DNA of 64,000 bases from Camelus dromedarius (GCF_036321535.1 NC_087438.1:10914001-10978000); one strand, 5' to 3'. Counted from the stretch's first letter, positions 47,876-59,600 are shown. Notes: generated by a model not told the origin, from the letters alone. Numbers and translations are program-made.

Positions 47876-49119
47876 ACTTGTCAGGTCATGGCAGGGATGG
47901 GCATGTGGGTATAACCTGAGTAGGCTGAATCTGGTTGGTTAATAAATTGGTGCCATTTAAACAGAATTTTTAAAAATTGTTAATGCATATTTGTAATAGA
48001 GGCCACACCTTCCATGGGAGAAAACTGGAGCTGCCCTTAATTTCTTTTCTGTGGTGCAGACTGATTCAGCCCTGGTCCCTAGGTTGTGCAACTCTCCGAA
48101 GTGAACTGGATCTACAGTAGAGACGAAGAATGCTTCCTTTCAATCTCCTGTTCTCTGAGAAGGGTTTGCTGGGTATTATATTCTCTCTCTGGCTACATTT
48201 CTTTAAGGGTTAGGGCTCCAGCAACCCCCCGCCTGGCTGCCTCTAAATCTAGCTTTAGTTACATCTGTATTACCTTCTGTTTTAAGTTGGGAGCGTCAGA
48301 AACCAACTGCATCTCAATGAAGGACCGAACTTCAGTGGAAAACAGCCGTCTGTGCTCTCCTCTCATCTTCCATTTGGGTCGTGAATCTGTCTTCCTGGTC
48401 CTCCTAGAGCACCATGAGGTCTCGCTAAGAGATGACAGAGAGTGAGTGGCTGTGGGCGTCTGCTGTCCAGCAGTGTGGGACATTCTTACCATCAGAGCAA
48501 AGCGTCATACCCACTGGTTAGAGGAATCCCTCCCATCTGGGCTCTCCCTTCTCCAGACCACATGCTCTCTGAAGGAAAGAACTAGTGCTCTGGGAGTGGG
48601 GTTTTCACACTCCTCACAAGCTGCTGACTTTGAGAGGAGCTGGATAAAGTCTTTACAGGAGTGGAACTGTCTAGTGACAACCCCTCAAATGCCTGCAGGC
48701 ATGTAAGGAGGCAGGAGGAAGGAAGGTCTGCATGGGCGGCTCTGAAATGAAATTTAGGTGACCTGATTTCTCCCAAGGAGTCTTCCCACAGCTACACGTT
48801 GTTTCCTTTGGTTACTCAGATCAATTTGAAGATTTCCATGGCTGCTTTCTAGGTACAGTGGAAACAGGAGACAGATCCTGAACGGGCTCTATAATTTGTA
48901 CCCACTTAGTCAGGTCACAGGTGGGAATCAGGAATACACAGGTGTCCTCCTTCGCATTCCAATAATCAGTGACTATAACGTACCAGCTTTTTGTATAATG
49001 TAGCTACCAGGAATGATTTTCACTAGAGATTTGACATCAGTTTTTTTTTTTTTTTTTATGTATGACACACACATTTCAATGCCTGAGGGTGTCTCCTACC
49101 AATACCTATGCAGACAGCA

Positions 49120-49540
49120 GTGGGAAATGCAAATACTAACCTGAGCTCTTAATACTGTGAAGCTGAGGATCCAAATACTTGGAAATAGCCGTGGTTTAAA
49201 TGGATGTGACATCAGCTGAGAAGTGGGTGCCGCTCATTGGTCCAGGTCAAGGAGGGCTGAGGCAGTTAAGTTCTGAGTAAGTGTGGTGGGTGGTGGGAGC
49301 CGAACCACGCTGTGCAGGAAGTGTCTTGGTGACCATGTTTCTGCACAGTGTGGGGTTCACTTTCATCTTTCTCTTAGAGCAGGAAGTGACTTTTTCTGCC
49401 AAAAGAGCTTAAAAACCCATCCTATCAGCACAGCCTGCAGAAGACTGATGATCCTACAGAGAGAACACAGCTGCCAAAGAGAGAGAGAGAGAGAAAGCAC
49501 TGGTTCCCACAAAGAGACTGAATGAAGCAGCTGGCAGACA
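49120..49540. promoter_or_regulatory. Candidate enhancer/promoter (ETS, RUNX, IRF, octamer and E-box cluster)
   Basis: ATGCAAAT 49127; CAGGAAGTG 49315 and 49380; TGTGGT 49282; GTTCACTTTCAT 49355; CAGCTG 49213, 49468, 49528. All in sequence I could not assign to a repeat. Motif-only evidence. Confidence 0.4.
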
Positions 49541-51109
49541 CAGAATTCTGAGATCAGAGAGAAATGCAATGAGGAAACACAGCCAGAGCTAGGATTTTGC
49601 ATAGAATTTTGGATGAAAGCAAAGCCTTCCATTGAATCAACTGGCAAAGATTCAGTCCTTAAATGACATACTTTGAGCACATATATTGTGGTATATTTGC
49701 TAAGATTTATAACACAGGCTTAAAGCTAGATGTGGCCATCCTGTACCATCTCATGTGTGATATGAACACCCCAGGGCACTTTGAATAGGGTCTATCCTCA
49801 ACCAACACTTCTTTAGCCCTAATAAAACTTATGTTATGTTCCATCATGAAGAGGAACTACAGACTAATTTCAGAAGACTTAAAAAGACTACTAGCAGTAA
49901 GGTATGAATTTCAGATCACAAACTCAAGAGCTCTATAATCTAACTTCCATTTTTTTTAATGAATTTAATTCTGTTTGGAACCCTCATTCCATCACATTGT
50001 GGAAATTCAATCTCAGACAATTCAAGCTTATCTCACCATTTCTATCTCTTTTTCCATAACTGTATGTCTACATGCTGACAGGACTATGTTGTGTTCTTCA
50101 CTAGGCTGGGATGGGGGGACTGGCTTGGCTTCTGTAGCATCACCCCTGCTCTATTGCCCATCTGGTCCTTGGAGGTCCATCCAAGGGTACTGCTGACTTG
50201 TCCCTCAAGCTCAGCTCGCCTCTGCCCTTCTCCCTGTTATTTCAGGGCCACTGTTTGCAGGATACAGCATTGGACATCACTTGAAGCTACCTCCACAGCC
50301 CGCCTTGGGAATTTTTCAGTTGTTCATGCTCCACCCTAGGCTGTGTACCCCTTGTGTTTGTCTAGGACCCCATGTGATTAAATGTCCCTACAGCCATCAT
50401 TACCTGAGGTCTTGCTGTCGCAACTGGGAAGCAAAGAAAAAGGCAAAGTCCACGCCCCTCCCTGGAGACCCACGAGCCTCTCATTGCTGTGCCTCTTCAT
50501 CTCTTCTGTCTCCAAAGATTAGAAAGACATTTTTCCTCATTTGTAGTAAAGGAGAAGGGAAGAGCATAGAGCAGAAAATGGGCTTTTTTTCAACAAACGT
50601 TCTCTCAAATCTACTGTTCATGCTTTTTCTCTGACTGTGGAGCTTCTGAAATCAGAAAAACTTCTCTGATATCCCTGCTTCCTACTGCAGCTCCACTTTT
50701 GGGAGGCAATGGTGCAAAATGCCTGCCTATCTGAATGCGAGAAGGGCCCAGAAGCAAAGGAAATATTAGCAACAATCAACACTACATTTGCTAATATTGC
50801 AAAATGTCAGCATGCCTTGAAACCATATTTAAGAAACTGATTATGGTTTTCACAAAATATAAATTTGGTCATTTTCTATAGATTCTTTTATTCATCTTCA
50901 TAAAGTTCTAGATTTAGGCAACCCATATAGAATTATTAATATAAATATCCCTGGTCTTGGTGGATTCTATAGACTGGAATTTTGATTCTTGTGTTTACAG
51001 TAGGAAATAAAATAATACAAACAACATCTTTTGCAGAGTTTTCTCTTGGGAAGCTTTATTTGTTTTTTTGCCACCAATTTACTTCATAGCAAAAGAATGG
51101 GTGGGGGAT

Positions 51110-51530
51110 TGGTCTAGGATCCAATCTAGATCACACACTGTATTTAATTCTCATCTCTTTAGTCTCTTTTAAACTGAAATAATCTTTTCAAGTCTTTTTT
51201 CTTTTATGACCTTGACATTTTGAAAGAGTACAAGGCAGTTACTTTGTAGAATATCCTTTACCTTGGGTTTATCTGCTATTTCTTCTTGATTAGATTCAAG
51301 CTGTGCATTTTTGGCAAGAACACCCAGAGTGATGCTGTGTCTTTCCCAGTGCATCCTATCATGGGATAAATGATAACCAGTTGTCCAATTTACTGATGAT
51401 AATAACTTTGATCACTTAGTTAAGATGGTTTCCTGTGAAACAACAATATAACTACCCAAACCAAGAAGTTAGAATTACTACAATAGTACTATCTAATCTA
51501 AGGACCATATTTAAACCTTGCCACCAATTT
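51110..51530 (-). mobile_element. L1MC-type 3' UTR fragment(s)
   Basis: tgaccttgacattttgaaagagtac...ttgtagaatatcc...tttttggcaagaacacc...actttgatcacttagttaagatgg. Confidence 0.85.
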
Positions 51531-52786
51531 TCTGTAAGATTATTTTGGTGTGGGAGGGAGCTATATTTGATATCAGATCATGCACTACAGTCTGAAGCAT
51601 AAATAGAATTTGACAAGTATCTAATATCTAAACTCATTCAAATACAGATTTTTAGAAGTCTACCCTAAAATAAATTACTGGGAAAATAATGTTCTAAGCC
51701 CAAATCTTATAACTGTAAAAAGATCTCACTATCTCTATATAGTTAAATACATAACTTGCCCTTTTAATGTGACCCAATTAAACCATGGACCTGGAAACTA
51801 AAAAACTTAATATTGAGTCTATGCATTACTGAGAAGTCAGTTGTTTGGGAATTTTGCCACCCATTATTCACTTCTTGGTAAACATAATTTTAACGTGGTG
51901 ACAGAAATTTTATCAAATCCAGAAAACTATATTTTGAGTAAAATAACCTTTTCTTTTTAACAGAAAAAGCATTTAGAGAAATCTTTATATCTAATTCAAA
52001 TCTATCTTTCAGGGTTTTTCATTCTTCTTAAAAATTCACTTAACAGAAAGTGTTTCTAGAGTTGGAAACGGTATTAGAAGAGAAAGCCAATAGAAACTTC
52101 AGTAGAGTGGAAAAGTAGGAAATGTCAAATAGAGTTTAGACTTATTGAATCTGTTCACCAAGTCTTCAAAAGAGTTGACAGGCACATAATTTATCTTGAT
52201 ATGGTTAATGTTCTTTTGCCTCCTTGTGGAAAAAACTACCAAATAACCTCCTTGAGGAAAAACTACCAAACAACAAAATAAACCATGGGCTGCTTACCAG
52301 AGACAGTTGAAAGATTTGCACCTGCAAAGTTACACAAACATCTTAGATTAGTCAAGAGCCTTAATCCTTTCTGCAGATTTAGGTCCCCCAATTAGGACAC
52401 TGGCTTAGTAACATTTGACCTGGATATGTGAATATTTTGCAAGGGGCATGTACTCTATTTTAGGATAAAGCTGTCGGCTGCCCAGTTTTGCAGCTGCCAG
52501 TCTCTATGGAGGGGAAAAAAAAACACATAGTTTGCTTTGTGGTGCAGGGAGAGTCAGATCATTGATGGCACGTGTAATGATAAAGGTCATACAAATCTCT
52601 TAACAATCCTTATATTTTCATGCCTTCCACTCCCTGAGAACTCTTAAATACATTTTCTTAATTAATTCTTAGAGGACATTTGTGCCTATGGAAACAGAAT
52701 CTCAGAGCTCAGAGCCGCAGGGCATACTTGCTACTCACACTACCCCACCAACCCCTGACACTCCGCCCATTTCCTTCACCCGGCTG

Positions 52787-53159
52787 GTATCTGATTCAGC
52801 TCTGGCTGCTGCAACAAAGTACCATAGACCAGGCGACTTAAACAACAGACATTTACTTCTCACAATTCTGGAGGCTGGAAACCTAAGATTAATGTGCGCA
52901 CTGATTCTGTTCCTGGTGAGGACCTCTTCCTGTCTGTCAGACAAACGCCTTTTTGCTGCATTCACAGGATGGAGAGAAGGGCTCTGGTCTCTCTCCCTCT
53001 TCTTAGAAGGACACTAATCCCATCACAGATGCTCTGCCTTCATGACCTCACCTAGTCTTAACCACTTCTCAAAGGCCCTATCTCCTAATGCCATTACAGC
53101 GGGGAGTTAGGGCTTCAATGTGTGAATTTCGGGGAGACTCAACCATTCAGTCCTTAACA
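52787..53159 (-). mobile_element. MLT1A0-like MaLR solo LTR
   Basis: gctgctgcaacaaagtaccatagac...aacaacagacatttacttctcacaattctggaggctgg...aaggacactaatcccatc...attcagtccttaaca. Confidence 0.9.
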
Positions 53160-53289
53160 ACCAACAACGAATTCCTCCACATGTGACCTCCTTCAGGAAG
53201 CCTTTCCTGACCTTCCGTTTTGATTTGGGAGAGCATATGGATCTCCCTACAATCAGATTGCTTGTAACAATGGATCTAAACAACTAGGA

Positions 53290-53450
53290 GTTTCCAACCT
53301 TGCTTACCTAGATGGGTCGATGTGATTAATATTCACCAATAGAATGTGGGCAATTGATGTACAGCTTTGTAAATCTGGCCCCAGATCCCTCCTCTTTTTT
53401 CCTCTATCCTAGGTGACTTTGGAGCCCACATGTGGAGAATAGCCTGAGTG
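53290..53450 (+). mobile_element. MLT1J-like LTR fragment
   Basis: gatgtgattaatattcaccaatagaatgtgggcaattgatgt...gactttggagcccacatgtggag. Confidence 0.55.
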
Positions 53451-54379
53451 ACAGAACATTTTGAATACTGCTTTCCATCAAAAGAAAATACATAGAAAAT
53501 CCATTTCTTTTATCAAAAAATTACTTAAATTTTACTACAAATTTACAAGGTAAATTATAGGAACTATCAATGAAGAATTGAAAACAAGTGTTGAAAACAC
53601 GACATTTAAAACAAAACATAGTAGCATGTTAGGTATACATTATCCCCTGAGAAGTGTTTTGTCATTCCAACCTCAACTAGATTATGTGAATTAACAAACC
53701 AGAAGTAAGCTCATTTTTCACATTTAAAACTTTGTATATTGACGTGTACAGTGTTTATTCAAAGTCCGCATAAAGATGTTTAATATAGGAGTCACAGTTT
53801 TATTTACAGCAGTGCAATCGTAGTTCTATATACTAATCTCTGCATATACTTTCAATAAGCAATGGGTGTAATTTTGCAAGCTGTTTGATTTCTTTGGCTA
53901 AATTTATTATAGGTGTATCTACTGAAATGCAATTTTTATGACCGTTAGATCTAGTAGTAAAAGATCAAGACTTGTATGTCTTCTTTTCATTTTATTTTTT
54001 TCCAGTAATTCATTTAAGTCAAAATTTTAAAGTATAAGTCTTTGATAGATTAGGGAAAAAACCAACAAGCCAGCAAAGGGAGTTCTTCCTCACAGACAGT
54101 TTGAGAAGCACTGAGCTGGCTTCAGTCTTGGGGTGCGTGGTGGCTGTGCCTCTTCAGTCTAAAGGGGACCAGTGCCACTTCTGGGTAGGACTGGTGGCTG
54201 GGACTGCATGTAAGCCACAGATCTTGGGCATTCAGCTGTGCATAGTAACAAGATGAAATTTTGTGTTTTCTTCCTGGGAGATGGCAGTGAGTATACTTCA
54301 TATGTGGGAAGAGTGAAGTTATTTGCTGACCAAGAAATGGAGACTTTTTCAAAGAAAGTATTCACATTGTAAGAATTCT

Positions 54380-54481
54380 GTGTATGTTCATGTATGACTG
54401 AAGCATTATGCTGTACACCAGAAATTGACACAGCATTGTAAACTGACTATACTTCAATAAATAAGTATATTTATAAAAAAA
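54380..54481 (+). mobile_element. Very short lineage-specific L1 tail with TSD
   Basis: gtatgactgaagcattatgctgtacaccagaaattgacac...ttcaataaa. TSD aagaattctgtg (54371) / aagaattctatg (54482). Confidence 0.9.
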
Positions 54482-54546
54482 AAGAATTCTATGGTGTTAG
54501 TGGCAGCAGAGATAAAAAGAAAATACAGAGGTACGTGGGCTGAGAC

Positions 54547-54905
54547 TAATAATAGCTAATATTGTTTGAGTTTATTGTAGGACAGGTTCTGTCAAAGCCA
54601 TGCACTATTGACATTGGATGGAGTTGGGGACACTGTTCTGTGCACTGTAGGACATTTAGCAGCATCCTTGATCTCCACCCACTAAATTCCAGTAGCAAAT
54701 GTATCCAGACATGGCCATATGACCCCAGGGGTCATAACTGCCACCATTGAGAATCATTGGTCTGAGTGCTTCGCAGCATTATTTACCGAGTAGTTACCAT
54801 TATTATCTTCATTGTATAGATGAGGACAATGCGGTGTAGGCTGGTCAGTGAAGTGGCCCAAAGTCAAGAAGCTAAGAAGTGGCAGAGCTGGAACTTGAAA
54901 CATTG
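54547..54905 (-). mobile_element. MIR SINE interrupted by MER20
   Basis: aataatagctaatatt... and ...cattgtatagatgaggac...gcccaaagtca...aagtggcagagctggaacttgaaac. Confidence 0.75.
54598..54759 (-). mobile_element. MER20 (internally deleted)
   Basis: gcactattgacatt...ctgtgcactgtaggacatttagcagcatcc...ctccacccacta...ttgagaatcattg. Confidence 0.85.
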
Positions 54906-55639
54906 ATGGTTTCACTGGGATAGTTCACTGGGACTAAGACAATCTGGTCCAGTCTGCCTGAACTTTACCCAGCTTCTATAGCTGAAAGGTGCTGGTGGCT
55001 TTAGACCTTTGAATGACACCATTGCTTTAAAGGAAGAACATTGTAGCTGTAGCCTCTTTGTGACCCACTTCAAAGTTTTAAAAGAAATGTCAGGGGTTCG
55101 GTAATGGAACTTAACATTTCCCTTAGCTGCTTGCTACTCCTCTGTCTCTCTCTCTCTCTTTCTTTTTTTCTCTCAGTAAAATGACATATGTAATGACCTA
55201 GTTGCCAAATTCAGAAATTTTCCTTCTCTTCCTAAAACCTACAACCTATTATCAACTTGTGTACTATCAAGCTCATAAATTCAATTTGAAAATAATTTGA
55301 AGTAGTAATCTGTCTTTTTGTTCATAAGACTATCTTGAGAATATTTCCATAGATCAATTAAAAATATTCATTTTCAAAATGAATTTTAATGGCAGCCTTG
55401 TATCCCACCTTTGGGATGTACTCTATTTATTTAACTAATCCCTATCTCTGGGCACTGAAAGGTTTTTTTGCCCTGCTGTTTTGTGCACCATAACAATTTT
55501 CTATTTTACTTTTCTGCCACAGAGCCTCAGTCAGCACCACTATCCAAGGCTTAAATGGAATCTCGTTTGACATAATATCTTACCAGGGGAACCACTGCAC
55601 AGTTTCCTTGGAGACACAGAGAAAATTTAAGCCCAAGAG

Positions 55640-55900
55640 TACATGATTAATTCTGAGTCTAGAAAAATCATTTTGGATATAGATTTGAGGCTGAAATGGA
55701 CAGAAATGAAACTGGATTCATGGAGAAGAGTTAGAAAGCAACTGAGACCTGATAAGGTTCTGAGATAAGGAAGCGGCAGTGGGAAAAGGCTTAAGAGATA
55801 TTAAGGAGTAGGATTTACAGGGTCTAGGGCTTGATTAGATTACAGGGTTAGGGAGAGGGAAAAGTTTAAGATTAACTTCTGGATCTACACTTGCTTATCA
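55640..55900 (-). mobile_element. L2 fragment
   Basis: agaaaaatcattttgg...aagagatattaaggagtaggatttacagg...aaagtttaagattaacttctgga. Confidence 0.55.
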
Positions 55901-56190
55901 TCCCGATTTTAAAAATTAACTGTGGAGGGATAAATTGAACTTCAGTTGATTGACAGGAGAAGAAGAAAAATAATCTGAGAACTGTTTTGTCTCCTTGAAA
56001 TTTAAACCATTTTAATTCCACTTGGGATCAATTCTGTTATTCATTATAATCTGAAACATTACACTTCTTTAAATCTCTGAATGATGAAAATGGAACTGGT
56101 TTCCCCTCTCCCATTTTGTCTTCTATTTTAAAGATATGTCTCACTCTTGCACATATGTATTTATCTGGATAGAATAAAAAATTCTTTTTT

Positions 56191-56498
56191 AGAACATAAA
56201 TACAAAACAGAAACAGACTCATAGACGTAGAATACAAACTTGTGGTTGCCAAGGGGGAGGGGGATGGGAAGGCATAAACTGGGAGTTCAAAATTTGTAGA
56301 TACTGACAGGCCTATGTAGACTAGATAAAAAAGATTATATTGTATACCACAGGGAAAAATATACAAGATCTTGTGGTAGCTCACAGAGAAAAAAAAATGT
56401 GACAATGAATATATGTATGTTCATGTATAACTGAAAAATTGTGCTCTACACTGGAATTTGACACAACATTGTAAAATGACTATAACTTAAAAAATGTT
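56191..56498 (+). mobile_element. Youngest-type lineage-specific L1 3' end
   Basis: aaaacagaaacagactcatagac...gtataactgaaaaattgtgctctacactggaatttgacacaacattgtaaaatgactataac. TSD aaaaaatt(c/a)ttttt at 56176 and 56499. Confidence 0.92.
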
Positions 56499-56649
56499 AA
56501 AAAATTATTTTTAAAAAATTAATATATTCAAATTTTTTATTTATTTTATTTTTTATTGAATGAAATAGTCTTTAAATTCTGTAATGCTTTATAGTTTTCA
56601 AAAGGTTCACACACATGATTTTATATAATTCCATAATAACCCTTCTTCC

Positions 56650-57670
56650 CCCCACTTCTATAGTGCCCCTCCTCCCTTCCCTCTCCCCACTGGTAACTAC
56701 TAATTCATTCTCTGTATCTATAAATCTGTTACTTTGTTGTTGTATTCACTAGTTTGTTGTATTTTTTAGATCTCACATATAAGTGATATTATACAGTATT
56801 TGTCTTTCTCTGTCTGACTTATTTCACTTAGCATAATGCCCTTCAAGTCCATCCATGTTGCTGCAAATGGCAAAATTTCATTCTTCTTTATGGCTGAGTA
56901 ATATTCCATTGTGTGTGTGTATGTGTGTGTGTGTGTATCACATCATTTTTTATCCATTCATCTGTTGATGGACACTTAAATTGCATCTATATCTTGGCTA
57001 TTATAAATAATGCTGCAATGAACATTGGTGTGCCTATTTTCTTTTCAAGTCAGTGTTTTTGTTTAATTTGGGTAAAGACCTATAAGTGAAATTGCTGTAT
57101 TATATGGCAATTTTATTTTTAATTTTTGGAGGAATCTCTGTACTGTTTTTCATAGCGGTTGCCCTAATTTACAATCCCACTAATAGTGCAACAGGGTTCC
57201 CTTTTCTCCACATCCTTTCCAACACTTGTTATTTGTAGTCTTTTTGAAGATAGCCATTCTAACAGGTATGGGGTGGTATCTCAGTATGGATTTTATTTGT
57301 GCTTTCCTGATGAGTGCTTCTGAGCATCTTTTGATGTCTGTTGGCCACCTGTATGTCTCTTTTTGGAAAAATGTCTATTCATGTCTTCTGCTCATTTTTA
57401 AATTCCATTGGTTTTTTTTATGTTAATATTTATGAGTTCTTTATATATTTTTGATATTAACCCCTTTTGGTCATATCATTTGCAGATATCTTCTCCCACT
57501 CAGTAGGTTGCCTTTTTGTTTTGTTGATGATTTTCATTGTGCAAAACTTTTAATTTCGATCAGGTTCCATTTGTTCATTTTTGCTTTGTTTCCCTTCCTT
57601 GAGGGACAGATCCAAAAAAAAAATATTGCTAAGACTAATGTCAGAGAGCCCACTGACTATGTTTTCTTCT
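56650..57670 (-). mobile_element. L1 (L1MA9/cetartiodactyl-type) fragment lacking its extreme 3' end, inside a MIR
   Basis: Antisense 3' UTR/ORF2 C-term (cccactggtaactac...tttctctgtctgacttatttcacttagc...gctaagactaatgtcagagagc). MIR-like flanks at 56590-56640 and 57672-57695. Confidence 0.88.
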
Positions 57671-59039
57671 GACCTTTATGTTAAAATGAGGAGTTTTGTC
57701 TGCCAGTTCTTAGCGTTGCGTTCGTTTCTCTAAGAGTGTATTCCCTTTCTAACTTACTGATGACATATATTTTAGACATTATAGTAGATCCTGGGACAAA
57801 GCAATCAGAGAGTTACATTTCTATCTCTGTGCCACTTGATCTGGCAATTCCCACTGACAGATGTATTTTACATATACATTCTCTTCCAATGTCATTGGAG
57901 GAAAAATACAACATTTGTGAAAGAAAGTAATAAGGGATAACTTATACATCAATAAGTAGCGCTTCCTCCACTCAAAATGTCACCCTCAGAAAACAATAAA
58001 TGTCTTTTTTATTTTGTTGCCTCTTTCTTAAAGAAAAAAAAAATCCATTACACCGATAGTTTCCCTAATCAACATTTGGAGCATGTATCTAGAGATTATA
58101 AGCTTAAAATAGGAAAAGGGAATAATTAAATAGCTGACTGTAAAAGTTTATTATGCAATTAGTTACATGCACACTCATTTTTCATTCTAGACTGTTATAA
58201 TTAGAAAAACTTTAAACGCAAGAAAAAAGAACAAAATTATAAAACATGTAGATCTGTTTACAACTCTATGATGATTAATTTAGATGATCAGATGAGTAAT
58301 AAAATGGAAAGTTTCCAATAAAGCAAACCATTTAACATCAATTAAAGCCTTCTTTATAGAGGCAAAAAATACAAAATTTTACTTATCAATCTTGTTTTCA
58401 ATAACATAGCCTGAAGATATCATGTGACCTGCCCATTTAACTCTTGAATGAACTCCTCAAGAGATTTAAATTGGAATAAATATCACATCTAATTAGAATT
58501 ATCAAAGTTAATGCCTCCTTAATTTCTGTCTTTAAAACTAACATAAATCATGTTTTCATGATCCATATAGTATTATTTTTCTAAGGCAAAGCATTCAAAA
58601 TGAATGATTTTACTTTAGTCCAGATTGTACATAAACCACTCACAAATTATAGTCCGGATATCACAAATCTATATTTATGAATAAAATAAGATACTGCAAG
58701 GCAGATGGCCTAAGTTTAGCTACATTGTTATAGATATGATATTTAATCCTACTCTACCTGTAGTTTTCTTCTTTGTATATCAGTTTTTCTGCCTGTACCA
58801 TATAGCTTATTTATTTACTTTTATAGTACAACAATCATAGAATTTTATTGGGAGGTTTAAAATAAGTGGAATATAAATGCATGGCAACAATAATGCAAAA
58901 TGTAGAGTGTATCAATGGAGTTGAATATTCCTGGATTTTAGCATTATAAGGAAAGTTTAAAAAAAGGAACAGAGTGCATTGTAGTCAATATTTCAAAATG
59001 CATGATGTAAAATGGAAGGCAATCGTTAATACATAGTAT

Positions 59040-59278
59040 ATGTGAAAGTTAGAACAATACAAAATGTATATTGAGACATTCTTAAAAACTTAAAAGGCAA
59101 GGCATTTTTTAAACAGGGCACAAAAAGTGCTGACTATTAAGGGGAAAAATAATAACTTGAACTATACTGATAATTAAAAATTTATTTATAGAGTGAAAAG
59201 GTAAGCTATAGAGTCAGAAAAATATTTTTCATATATATGTATATATTAGACTATAACCAAAATGTATAAAGAATCTTA
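59040..59278 (+). mobile_element. Ancient L1M ORF2 fragment
   Basis: aggcaaggcattttttaaacagggcacaaaaagtgctgactatt...agagtgaaaaggtaagctatagag...aaatgtataaagaatc. Confidence 0.65.
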
Positions 59279-59414
59279 TTTCTGCCTGTATCATTTAAAT
59301 AAAGTTATTCCTATCTCTAAAATTGTGGTTTTTATTAACAGACAAAACATACTATACACAGAAATCCATTTGATATAAAACATTCATATAAATGAAAAAT
59401 CATATCATATTATT

Positions 59415-59600
59415 CAATAATAATAGCTGACATTTGTTTCAAATTCTTTACATGCATATTAAATCTTCTCAATAAAATTATGAACATTCAACATAATTAA
59501 CTCTAATTATAGGGGAGGGAATGAAAGTTTAAGGCTTATGCATATTGATCAAATTCACTCATCTAGAATTAGAGAATTGAAGGTTTGAGATGTTCTGAAA
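59415..59600 (-). mobile_element. MIR fragment
   Basis: aataataatagctgacattt...ctttacatgcatattaaatcttctcaata. Confidence 0.55.

Noticed and set aside
48086..48706. Cluster of 64-119 aa ORFs in GC-richer unique DNA
   Set aside because: Mostly GTG/TTG starts, overlapping on both strands, no recognisable protein motif or exon structure.
58060..58530. Cluster of TAATTA homeobox motifs (58123, 58198, 58490)
   Set aside because: The region is very AT-rich, so this density is plausible by chance; unsupported without conservation data.
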